Below, one piece after another: positions 1-12,548 of a stretch of 64,000 nt of DNA; position 1 is the first letter of the stretch; the number at the start of each line of letters is the position of its first letter. Source of the DNA: the human T2T-CHM13v2.0 reference genome, Homo sapiens; NCBI RefSeq assembly GCF_009914755.1, contig NC_060938.1; one strand, 5' to 3'. The position numbers were made by a program, and so were the translations under genes. A model generated the notes under the pieces. It was given only the letters and a program-made list of their open reading frames with translations. It had not been told where the DNA came from and ran no database searches.

Positions 1-532
1 GAAGTAACTAGCTTGCTTTTGATTTTACAGGCTCATAGGTTGAAGGGACTTGCCTTGTCTCAGATGAGACTTTGGACTGTGGACTTTTGAGTTAATGCTG
101 AAATGAGTTAAGACTTTGGGAGACTGTTGGGGAGGCATGATTGGTTTTGAAACATAAGGACATGAGATTTGGGAGGAGCCAGGGTGGAATGATATGGTTT
201 GGCTGTGTCCCCACCCAAATCTTGAGTTCCCACATGTTGTGGGAGGGACTCAGTGGGAGGAAATTGAATCATGGGAGCAGGTCTTTCCTGTGCTGTTCTC
301 ATGATAGTGAATAAGCCTCATGAAATCCGATGATTTTAAAGATGGGAGTTTCCCTGCACAAGCTCTCTCTCATTACCTGCTGCCATCCATGTAAGACATG
401 ACTTGCTCCTCCTTGACTTCTGCCATGATTATGAGGCTTCCTTAGCCACATGGTACTGTAAGTCCATTAAACCTCTTTTTCTTCGCAGTCTCGGGTATGT
501 CTTTATCAGTAGCGTGAAAATGAACTAATACA
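1..532 (+). mobile_element. THE1 (MaLR, THE1A-like): 3' end of internal region (1-189) and 3' LTR (190-532)
   Basis: Purine tract then TGATATGGTTTGGCTGTGTCCCCACCCAAATC...ACTAATACA; ATTAAA signal. Confidence 0.9.
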
Positions 533-1341
533 ATTCCTGATTGGAAAACTACACAGGAAACTTTCGGGATGATGGAAATATTTTATATTTTGATCCAGGC
601 CCTGGTCTCATGGGTTTATGTGTACATATATGCATACATATATGTAAAGTATAAGTATACTTATATACACCGAAGTATATAAATATGCATTGTAGACTTG
701 TGCATCTCACTGGGCGTAAAGTATGCCTTAATAAAGAACTGTGAAAAATAGCTTCAATACAAAAAATTATGCTAAATAATGAAATGAAACCAAATTTAAT
801 ATTTTCAACAATTTGGAGACCTAAACCAATACTTGTGAATAGACAACTCTCTCCCAGATGGCCTAAGCTGAGCAATTTCCATAAGTCAAACTTATCAAGC
901 TATTGCTTGAGTTTCTGGGATTCAGATCACACACAAAAAAAGCCCAAATCGAAACTCTGTTTGACCCTACATAATAACTCACAAATCCACTTGGATCCTG
1001 GCCAGTATGCCATTCTATTTCAGCTGCAGTGTCACACCTTGCATTGTAGACATCATATCACCTGATATTTTTGTATCATTTGTAAATAATTTAGCAGCAA
1101 CACTGACTAAAATTTACTATACCACCCAAAATACAAAACACAAGAGAATGACAAGTTAAAATTATTTTATTTTAAAAAATAGTCTATATGCAAATAGTCC
1201 CAAGTGTTTAACTGCATGATCCTTGTGGGTCTACACCCCTGATTTTAAATCCTATGCTTGCTGTATTCTTTCACAGTTTGCCACAGAGTATTTTCTTAAT
1301 GCACAACAGTAAAACAAATTCACCAATGAAAATTTATTCTT

Positions 1342-1698
<357 letters not shown>

Positions 1699-4600
1699 TT
1701 AAATTGTATTAATATTGCCTAATTTGTAATCCACAACTTCACAATATAAAAAATCTGGATTATTTTTACCAATTCCCTCTTTTTCTACTATGAATACTTT
1801 CTATACTCACATAGAATAGTTCAGTGAAATATACTTGGTACACCTCAGTGAAATACTGGCTGATTGATTGACACAGGTGGTTAATACAAGAGGCCCTTAA
1901 GATGAAGATGACATTGATATTAAACAAACACGCAGAATCACAAAATACTCTCAGCCTGTTTGCCAGGAGGCAAATAGGACACACAAGTGGGAAGTTTGGT
2001 GTTTCTGGACCACACAGTCTCTGCCACGGCAAAGAAGATCAGCCAGCCTCCTCAACTCAGTACAATTCAGACATGGTCATGAGGTAGGGGCTATAGTGAG
2101 AAATGTGTTAGAACCCACACCTACATATGCACATATGCAACACAAGCTATGTGTTTAAGATTCCAGAAACTGTGTAAGAAACAAGATGTTGGAATGTTGA
2201 TTGGATTTACATGTTGATGAAATTTCAGTCAACTAAGCCTAGTATCATGCAAGATTACTGTGAAAAGTTTAATTGCACCAACTGCTCTTGTTTGGAACAA
2301 AGAACTGTCAGCTCTCTTTACATTAACCATATTTCTCTCCCCCATTGCTACTGCAAGAACCAAAAAGAGAGTACTTAAAACTGGGTTCTACCTGCAAAAT
2401 CTGCAAGTCAGTCAGTCATGGTTTACATGCATGTCAATTTCTACATTATATTTTCCTAAGGCAGACATTTGACAGATATAAATCTTGCCTCAGCAAGGCC
2501 CAAAGGAAACATTTGTCATACCTCCAATGGTCATTCTTGATTAAAGAAATCACAGCAAAACAAATTGGAATTGCAAACTCAGCTTATATCTTTTCTCTCA
2601 CATAATTTCTATATCTTGAAGCCAACTTCTTTAACCATAAAATGTGCATTCTCCACATAGGATACAAGACTATAGCTGTGAACTATTTTCCCAATGAGTT
2701 ACATATGATGCCTTAATCGTTAATAGTAAATAGATGTACTATTTGTATGAGGTGAGGTTTTTTTCTCATATTTTAGAAAGAATCATCATTGTCTTCTTAT
2801 TGTGAATTATCAAAGGCAAATAAAAAACAGCCTCTTCAGTACCTAGCATATTTTCATTAGAAACAAATTCTATTGCGATGCAAATTCTTTGGACAAAAGT
2901 GAAGCACTTTGAAGATTTTCTAATATTTTTGTCAAAAGAATACACATGTAGATGTGTACTTTGCCTTTTCCATAAATATTCAAAATGTATTCTGAAATTA
3001 AAATAAAATATTTCTATAAAATAAACACATTCACTTGGTGTTTTTTCTTTCATTTGCATTTAAAGCAGTAATCACAATATCACAAGATTCTTTGAGTAAA
3101 AGGCCTTCTCTTGAAAAGGTAGATAATAGAAAGAACATCCAGCCCCTTGCCCCTAGATGGAGGGATAAAAACAGATAGATGACAAACATTCTATAAATTA
3201 ACTCTAGCCACAAAACTACTGCAAATCAAAACAACCACAAAACCTCCACAAAGGTTATGTGCATGCCGGAGCACATGTGTCTGGGGGTCATGAGGCATCC
3301 ACATATTACAATAAATTTTCCCCACAACCCTTATTGTAAGGTTGAACTATTAGGGAAAAATGGAGCAGATGCTCTCTAAATAAATATGATGTCTTTATTT
3401 AATTTCCTAGATGCCATGCCCTCACTAATTATTTTTGTTCTTTATTTGAAGGGAAATAGATACCTTAGAAGAAAACTCCTTTTAAATGTTTTCATAAGCT
3501 CAATCAAACTAATCACATGTTAAAAGCCAGAAAAGAAATTAAAGGAGAGCTTAAGCTAATATGATGAATTTTAGAGAGGCAACCAAGGCAATTTATACCA
3601 AAAGTCAACAAAATTTACACAAACTCAATTGTGTATTTTTTTAGATTATGCGCACATTACTATGAAAATATCCAGGCAAAATGTATGAACTGTTAAATTG
3701 CAATTGAATTTGGCAATCTATACAACTAGTTGTCATTCTAATAATTCATTTAACATTATTGAAATCAGTATTTTGTCCCAGCGTGTTATCATGATATTAA
3801 CTGAATTTATTCAAAAAGGAGACATTATTTTTATCTCAGGCTGATTGCTAGCACCCTCAACTTCAATTTTGTTTGATTTACTGTGCATATTGTATTATTA
3901 CTAAGACAGATGCTCTGAGACACATAATCCTTATTGGTCTATATATATTGGTGAGCTTTCTTTGGTAAAAAAAATCTGGCTGGGAAAAATATCTTGTTTG
4001 TGGAATTAAGCAAAACATTAGCATTTCAAATATTTTTGTCTTTTAAAACACCTTGTGCCACAACTAACTCAATAGTGGGAAAAAGATCTTTGTTCAGAAC
4101 TGTATGTGTGTAAAAGAGAGAGAGAATTCAAGAAACAGGTGTTATATATTTCAGAAACTCATACTTCGGGAAAGAATAGAAACATTATTTGAACCTTTAG
4201 CCCAAAGACTATCCAATTGCACTTAGATGCTATTTCTGTTCCAGGTTAATTTCTTAGAAACCATTGCAATCTTATTCTAGTTTCCTATTTAATTTTATAT
4301 ATGTTATTTACTTTTGAACACGGGCTAAACTCAAAAAATTTTAGTCAGTGAAGGTTACAGTTTAGTCCCATATTACCTACAATCTTACCGTAAGTATGCC
4401 CACAAAATGTTTGCCTTACGACAGCTCTATGAGTAAGACTATCTTTGAGCTTAAACTCAATCGCCTTGGGTGATACTCAACAGGTGTGTATCTTTTGTTT
4501 TCCTTTGGCATGGCCCAATTTTACACAGAGATTTTGGTAGAATGACTTGTTCTTCTCATATCTTTTTAGCTTCAGAATCCGGATAACTCAATTAAGGAAA

Positions 4601-5552
4601 TAAAAGTGGGAGACCTTCAAAGGAGAACAAGTAATTTATGGGACCTGAATTTCTGAAATAATATTAAGGCAACATTGGGCTTCATGGCAAAACACCAGAG
4701 GTTGGGAAGAGTTGCAGATTTACTCTTTTGACATTCACATCACCTCCCTCCCTCCATTTTAATAGATGCTTTTACCAACTAATTTGGTCTTTCTGATGCT
4801 TTGATTAGGCAAGTTACAGATATATTTTAATAGTTGCAAAAATGAATACTTCAAAGAAAGCATAGACCAAGGAAATATATTGTTGAAAAGTAACCCCTCA
4901 GCTTAGAGAAGAAAAAATACACAATGTTATTCTACTATCTATAAATGAGGTACTAACTGGATGATGTGTGATTACCAGTGTGATTAAATGGCAAAAACAG
5001 ACACATGGAGAAGCTAAGTAGTATGCTGAGGCATTGTCTTTTTGCCAAGTTAATACACTATGCACACTGTTTTCCATACAAGATTCTCAAGTAGTAACTA
5101 TAGTAAAGAGCGTAACTCAAAAAATGGAGTGCCTAGGTGGAGAGGCATACTGGAATGCATGAAGGTGTTTCATTATGTATGATGAGAACAGTCTCCACCT
5201 TCTGAAGAGTCTTCAAAAAAGCAAACTGGAGGAAAAGTCACACCTTTAAGGTGCAAATCCAACAAAGATGTCTTAAGATTCTGAGGAAGAATTTGCTCCT
5301 TGCCAGTCAGTTATTTCCAGACTGCAGCATGTAGATGATAAGATCAAGATATGATCGAAGAGACTTTTACTTGTGCAAGAAGGTAGTAACCATGCTACTA
5401 TTTTTAATCCTTAAGATTTAAAACATGCATTTAATTCTTTTAAAGATGTACTTAATGTATATTCTGATAGCATTCCAAGGCATTTCCATTGAAAAGTACA
5501 TGCTATAAATTCAGTAGTCTTAACATACATAATACAATATATTATGTTGTTC

Positions 5553-6012
5553 GCACGAATGTTCATTGTAGCACTTTTCACAATAGCAAAAACATGGAAT
5601 CAACCTAAATGTCCATCAGTGACAGATTGGATAAAGAAAATGTGGTACATATATACCATGGAATATTATGCAGTCGTAAAAAAGAACAAGATTATGTCCT
5701 TTTCAGGGACTTGGATGGAGCTGGAGGCCATTATCCTCCGCAAACTAACAGAGGAACAGAAAACAAAATACCACATGTTCTCACTTATAAGTGAGAGCTA
5801 AATGATGAGAACTCATGGACACAAAGAGAACAGACACTGGGGCCTGCTTGAAGGCAGAGGGTGGGAGGAGGGAAAGGAGCAGAAAAAAATAACTATTGGG
5901 TACTAGGCTTAGTACCTGAGTGATGAAATAATCAGTACAAAAAAAACCCTGACACCAGTTTACCTATATAACAAATCTGCACATGTAACCCCAAACCTAA
6001 ATTAAAAGGTAA
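5553..6012 (+). mobile_element. Older primate L1 (L1PA13-16-like), 3' end
   Basis: ORF 5544..5801 resembles the ORF2 C-terminus (TIAKTWNQPKCP) and is followed by L1 3'UTR. Confidence 0.88.
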
Positions 6013-6337
6013 AATAATCATGTTTTTTCAATTTAATAAAAAGACCCCCCAAAAAATATTGCCCTTCAGTTAACAAATAAAGTGTGATGCGAGGCAAGAC
6101 ATATTAGTTTACTGCTAATTCATAGATGAAGTCTGATGATTTACTTTCTGCATCTGAATCTAACAATTCTTATTGGGAGAAAAAAATGTGTACATATGGT
6201 TCTTTGGTATGTTTGTTGAGTATTATTTTTGTTGATTATGTATCAGCCAACATATTGTGAAAACTGTCATGCTTTTTAATTATGTGTTTTTATAATTAAG
6301 GTGAATTATTAGAAAAGCCCAATGATTAAAACTCTAA

Positions 6338-6433
<96 letters not shown>

Positions 6434-7142
6434 TAAGTTTTTTTAATATAAAGAAAAGTTTGCATTTGTGATATGTTATTCTCTAAACGTGTTCTATCAA
6501 GAAAAATACTTGGTATTATACTTGCATAAATCAATGGCAGTTATATTGTCAATGTATATGACAATTTTATGTACATGATTTTTATTTCATTTTGCTATAT
6601 CTCTACTCCCTAATTCCTACATGATTTTTTAAAACCTAAATCAAATTTAAATTCATTTGATTTTGAGCAGTTCATAATTCTCGATGTATTTTAATATATC
6701 TTGGGATATGGCAAAACCTTAGCTGTAAATCTCTCCTATAAACATCCCGTAGTTTATAAAGTAAACATATATACAGATAGACAAACATCCATCTGTCCTA
6801 GTCACCAAGTCTTGAATCACCTTTCACTACTAATACAAATATTTACATTTTGTTATAAACGTAGCCAGTGGTTTCAGATCTCTCACGTTAAAAGAGAATT
6901 AAAAATAATTCTAAACCTTAAAAATTGAATTGCTATCCACTTACAGTAAGGAGAAAAGGGATTTTCCATATTGGGTTGACAAAGAGTGAATGAAATGAAG
7001 CAGGTCTTTATTTCATTTAATTGATTTTGACAGGCAATCCAGATAGTTCAGGCATGCGAAATAATATAACCAGAAGCAACCTGTACAGTTTTTGGCCAAA
7101 TGTACTCACTCCGTGGCCATTTTGTTAGTGTTTCTGTCATTT

Positions 7143-7345
7143 CAGTAGTTCTCAACCACAGACGACTCTACCCCTAGAAGCATTTAGCATTTTTGGTTGC
7201 TAAATGCCCACTAGAGAGGGGGCTGCTACTGGCACCTAGTGGGTAAAAGTGAAGGTTGCTGCCGAACATTCTACAGTTCATAGGACAGTCCCCACAACAG
7301 AATTATCTAGTCCAAAATGTCAGCAGTGCTGAGGCTGACAGACCA
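7143..7345. mobile_element. MER20 (hAT-Charlie MITE)
   Basis: CAGT..TTCTCAACC start; gctactggcacctagtgggta and aattatctagtccaaaatgtc motifs. Confidence 0.75.
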
Positions 7346-7369
7346 TCCTACTGAACATCTCTGCAGTTT

Positions 7370-9150
7370 TTTATGTTGCTAACAAGTCCTTCCTCTTTCA
7401 AATTCTTGCCTCTTTGTTTTCCTTGATATTGCTCTCTCATTCCTCTTCTTGTCTCACCTGGCTACTCTTCCTTAGTCTCCTTTTCTGACTTCCTATTTTA
7501 TTTTTGCCAGCTACTTAATTACCAGCTCTTTCTTTGTATATTTTGTTCTAATTCCTCTATACCCCACTCTCCTTGAGTAAACACTCCCATTCCTTGGGCT
7601 GCACTATTTCCTAATACAGCTAATTTCCAAATATTACCACTTGGATGTCCCACAGGCTCTTCAAAACCAGCATATCCAAAATAAACACATCATCTTCCTC
7701 CCAAGCTGTTCCTTCTCTTTTAACAGCACCACTGTAGCATCCTATAAGCTAAAAACCTTGAATTCTCCTTTAGCTCTTCCTTTTCCCTCATCTACCTTAT
7801 ACAACTGCCTATTTGGTGTCTCTGTTTGCATGTCCCAACAGCTTGGCCATTACTTCATTCATTCAACAGATATTTATTGAGCCCTACTTTGTGCCTGGCA
7901 CTTTGCTAGGTGTTCCGTACACAGCAGTAGACAAAACTCACAGCAGTTCAGTTTTATTCCTAAGAGAGTGATGAGTATCATGATGGGGTCAGTTATTGGG
8001 TGATATGGAAACTCACATAAGAGGTCTATTACCTACACAGGAGCAGGGAGAGGAGTTGGGGAAGACTTCCCGAAAAAAAAAATAGCACCTGACCTGTGAT
8101 CTGCATTATATAGCAAAGAGCAGAAGGGAAAAGCCTGGGCTTTCTGAAGAATTGAAATATAATAAGTTTCTTGGGGGTAGAGCTTAGGCAGGGAGGTGGG
8201 CAGTAGAAAAAAATAAAACTTAGGTCTAAGTTAGTACAGGGTCTTGTAAATCATGTGAAGGAGTTTAAAATCTTCCCTAAGGGCTGAGCCATTCAATGGT
8301 TTTAAGCAGGCAAGAGAAATGGTCAGATTTTCATTTGAGAAACATTCCCTTGGCTATGTAGTGGAGTGAGGGGTGGAAGTGGAGCAAGGCTGTAGGCAGG
8401 AAGCTAGTGAAGAGGCTGATGCAGTGCCCAAAGTACAGGGGATGGCAAATTGAAGGATGATCATTGAGTGGGAATAATGAAAAAGGATAGAGATTTGAGA
8501 CATAAATAAGGGAGGGCTGATCAAGTTTCTGATTAGGACATCTGTGTGGTTGATCGGCACATTCATTTAGGCAGAGAAGTGTTTTGTATATTTGCTGTGG
8601 AGGGTCAGGGGGTATGTTAGGAATTCAATTTGGGGCATATGGCATTTGAGGTGCAGTTATATTGAGTACACATCAGGACACAGACAGAATTTTTTCATTC
8701 ATTTGATAAATATTTGTTCAGCCCCTACTATGTGCCAATCACTGCTCTGAGAGCTGGGGATACATCAGGGAACAAACAGACAAAGATCCATGTCCCCATG
8801 GAGTTTCCATTTGAATGGGAGGAAATAGACAATGAACCAAAAACACAATAAATAAGTAAATTAGATACTAATTTAGAAGGAAATAAGTACATGGGAAAAA
8901 AAGTAAATTAGAGTAAAGAGGATTGGGAGTTCTGGGTATATGGGGGCACTCAGGGGAGAGATTCAGGTAGAGATTGAGAGTCACAAACAACTGGGTGTAA
9001 CTGGGACCAGGAGGAGGCATCCGCAGAGAGGGAGAAGCTAAAGAGAGTGAAGAAAGAACAATTTTAAGAGCATGTGGTCCCTGAAGAGGCAGGAGGGGAT
9101 GAGATCCAAATAGAGGGATTGGCCTTCTAGAGGAAGATGGTCACTTTTTA
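7370..9150. mobile_element. Cluster of degraded L2 fragments on both strands
   Basis: cattcattcaacagatatttattgag (L2 3' end, minus) near 7855 and 8695; acttggatgtcc...caaa L2 body near 7640. Confidence 0.6.
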
Positions 9151-9169
9151 CATCATAACGAGGAAGTCA

Positions 9170-9505
9170 TGTTGTAGGACTTTCTCCTTAGTTCAGCTAA
9201 AAGCCAGGTTCTTGTCACATGGCCATAAAAGATTAGGCTCACAGACACTTTGAAGGGTGATAAAAATAGAATTTATTGGGTGAAAGAGGAAAAGAGGGAA
9301 ACAGGGACTCTCAGCAAAGCGAGAGTCCTCCTAGTCCACTTCCCGCCTCACAGATTGAATCCCAGGTACCACCCCACAACAGGAGAGGCCAGGCTCCTCC
9401 CCACTATAAATGAACTTCCCGAAGCTCCACCCCAGTACACACTTCTCCCAGGGCACAGGCAGTTGAAGGTTCTGCTAGGGAGCCCTTTTTTACTTAGCTG
9501 TCTCA
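9170..9505 (-). mobile_element. ERV1 solo LTR (MER61-like)
   Basis: Minus strand reads TGAGACAGC...GAACTAAGGAGAAAGTCCTACAACA with AATAAA; flanks gtca/gttg. Confidence 0.7.
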
Positions 9506-10859
9506 GTTGTAGGAAAAGATGGGACAGATGCAGGTAAACTAATAGGCTTATTGGTGGGGAATTCAAGGCATTCTCGTGTTAAAGTTTCAAACATTTCTAT
9601 GACTTATCAAATTATTAAAGGATATCTAAGAAGATGGAAGATGGAGGTGGCAGAGTTAGAAATTTGATGAGAAGATTTGAAATAAAAGTGGTGAGCAATA
9701 AGAAGAGGGTTGGTTGACTGAGATATAGGAGACACCCAGGCAGATCTGAAGGCTCCACTGAGGCTTCCCCCAGGGAGACTGCTGGATTCTCCAGTCTGGG
9801 TTAAGTGATAGGGGTCCCTGAACCCTATCAAGCATTTAACACCTTGTGTTAATCCCATTTACCTTGTACATTAATCTGTATCTGTGAGTACTGTGAGTTC
9901 CTTGAAGGTAGGGAACAGGCCTGTTTTGTCATTGTCCAGAAGGATGTCTGTCATACAATGAATGTTCAATACATATTTGTGGAATAAAAGCACATACACA
10001 TACCTGAATAATGATTAAAGATTTGATATATCTTGGGGAGAAGAAAGAGATCAGTAGGATGATGCTAGGTTTGTCTGAGATGGTTCAAATTCCCACTTGG
10101 GATTCTGGCATAATTGTTAATGGCACCTTGCTTTAACTCACAAAACTATCCCAGTTTGAATGATAAGTCATATGGTGACTGTAATGATTATATGATGTTT
10201 AAATGCGAAGAAGAAGTAGGATCTGATTTTTCCTAGTTGTAAAAATGGGGTAAGTAAGCAGGGAATCACAATTTTTATCCCCCTGAATAAACGATTCCTG
10301 CCAGTTGTCTTCACAACCAAGCAATCACAGCCATACAAAAAGATGTCATTAGGTTGGAGAAACTGGAACTTCCATTTGATAATATGGGCCGAGTGACTAT
10401 CCTTCTGGAACCTTGAGAAAGACTCATACTTCTTAACTGAGAAATTCAGTAGAAGATTTGGAGCAATGGAAAAGATGCTTAGGGAAACAAGTTGGCAGCC
10501 TTGAAAAATGAATCTTGCTCTGCTAGCTTGCTCAGCTTCATCCATGGTAAATCCCCACAGTCTCTACACGGTAAATTAATTCCTTTCAATCTGTTCCATT
10601 GTTTCCTTTATGTTAGAAATATATTTGTATCAAAACAATTTATATAACGTTATTATCTGCAAGAGGCAAAGGGTTAAGAGACTGGGTAAATCAAAGGATA
10701 ATTATTTAGAGAACAGGTAATTCAAAATAGAAAGCACAGAGCCATTATAATACTCATAATAACCAAGATAAAAACTTAGAATGGAACAATCAGCACTCCT
10801 CTTGTAAACATTGCATCGATGAGGATACTTTACTGGCAGATTCAATTCAAACTATAGGT

Positions 10860-11040
10860 CAGTGGTTCTCAACATTGCCTACACATTAGAATTGGCTAAG
10901 AAGCTTTTGAAAAATAAAAGTACTTGACTCATCCCTCATAAACTCTGATTTAATTATCCTAGACCGGGTCTTGGACATCTGTGTACTTTAAAGCCCTTCA
11001 GGTAGTTTAATTGCATGTCCAGGGTTGAGAATCTCTGCTA
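10860..11040. mobile_element. MER5-family hAT MITE
   Basis: CAGTGGTTCTCAA...TTGAGAA terminal inverted repeats. Confidence 0.7.
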
Positions 11041-11696
11041 TGGCTATGGCTGGAAACCATCTGTCAATTGTTCATTTTCCCAAATGTCATAGAAATACCT
11101 CACAATAGAAAGTGGTCATTGAATTTGGCTGCATTAGTCATTCTCATTACAAGATGGAATTTGAGGAAACTATTTGAAATATTCCTTATATGTTCTTGAC
11201 AAGTTGTATTTAGGAATTTCTCTGTTTTCCTTTTTCAGTACTTGAAGCTTTTATTTGAATTACTTTTTGCTTACAAAGTTTAAGACGGAGCTTGAATTTT
11301 CAGCTTCATTTAAAATCATGAAGAGAAGTCTTAAGGGAGTATGTCGTCAACCTGTGGAATGTTCCACTAGAGAATTGCGATTTTCTCTTCATCTTTGAAA
11401 CTACATGTCTAATTCCATGTTATTAGACATTCCATTAAAAATGCTTCTTATTGACTCTAGTGTTCTTTTCTGATGCTCATGTTTTTTTGCTATTTTGAGG
11501 AACTCTTCTATTCATTCAGTTGTTTAATAAGAGTCGACAACATGCCAAGCACTCTGAAAGGCACTCAAGATTCAGTGGCCAAAAACAGGCACAGTTCTGC
11601 ATTTCAGAGAACTTACAGTCTAGTGAGACAACAGAAATATCACCCAAAGAACTGGAAATTTGCACTCTGATAATTAGTGAAAGGAGTTTATAGTTT

Positions 11697-11728
<32 letters not shown>

Positions 11729-11772
11729 TATCACTATATATAATCCCTATATATACACCATATATACATATG
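11697..11772. repeat. (TA)n microsatellite plus degenerate TA-rich palindromes
   Basis: (TA)~13 followed by the perfect palindrome 11715-11742. Confidence 0.9.
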
Positions 11773-11774
11773 TA

Positions 11775-11934
11775 TGGCAGGTTCAATTCAAACTATAGGT
11801 CAGTGGTTCTCAACATTGCCTACACATTAGAATCAGCTAAGAAGCTTTTGAAAAATAAAAGTATTTGACTCATCCTTCATAAACTCTGATTTAATTATCC
11901 TAGACCAGGTCTTGGACATCTGTGTATTTTAAAG
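11775..11934 (+). repeat. Direct 160-bp duplicate of 10834-10993
   Basis: Aligned by eye: same length, 7 mismatches. Confidence 0.95.
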
Positions 11935-11936
11935 GA

Positions 11937-12141
11937 AATAGAAGAGTTCCTTTAAAATGGAAGAGTTCCTCAAAATAGCAAAAATAAAATAAAATAAAAT
12001 AAAAGCAAGCATCAGAAAAGAACACTAGAGTGAATAAGAAGCATTTTTAATGGAATGTCTAGTAACACGGAATTAGACACGTAGTTTCAAAGAAGATGAA
12101 GAGAAAACCTCAATTCTGTAGTGGAACATTCCACAGGGTGA

Positions 12142-12142
<1 letters not shown>
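11937..12142 (-). repeat. Inverted duplicate of 11346-11512
   Basis: Reverse complement of unique intronic sequence, e.g. cctgtggaatgttccacta versus tagtggaacattccacagg. Confidence 0.95.

Positions 12143-12144
<2 letters not shown>

Positions 12145-12173
<29 letters not shown>
12145..12173. repeat. (TA)14 microsatellite
   Basis: Read directly. Confidence 0.95.
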
Positions 12174-12175
<2 letters not shown>

Positions 12176-12437
12176 CTAAATATGCATATGGGAAATTTTA
12201 ATCAGGGAGTTTGGGGAAAGTTTCTGAAGGAAGTGACAGTTAAATGATAATTTCAGATAAATAGGAGTTAATATACAGGAGGAATTCAGGTATCACAAGA
12301 TCTGAAAAAAAAAGCAGTAAGTAATTTTAACATAATTTGGCAGAATCCATGAGGGTTGTACATGTTGCATGATCTGGGAAGCGCATAACAAAAAGTTATG
12401 TCAAAAATAGTATGTTTGAAGTTTACAACCTTACTAA

Positions 12438-12548
<111 letters not shown>

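Noticed and set aside
4384-4396. Near-palindromic bidirectional splice donor cttaccgtaagt
   Set aside because: No matching acceptor or exon found on either strand; likely chance.
10834-11934. Two independent MER5 insertions, or an assembly duplication
   Set aside because: The copies share non-MER5 flank and are ~96% identical, far above ancient MITE identity. Their 7 differences include CpG-type changes, which argues against an assembly artefact.
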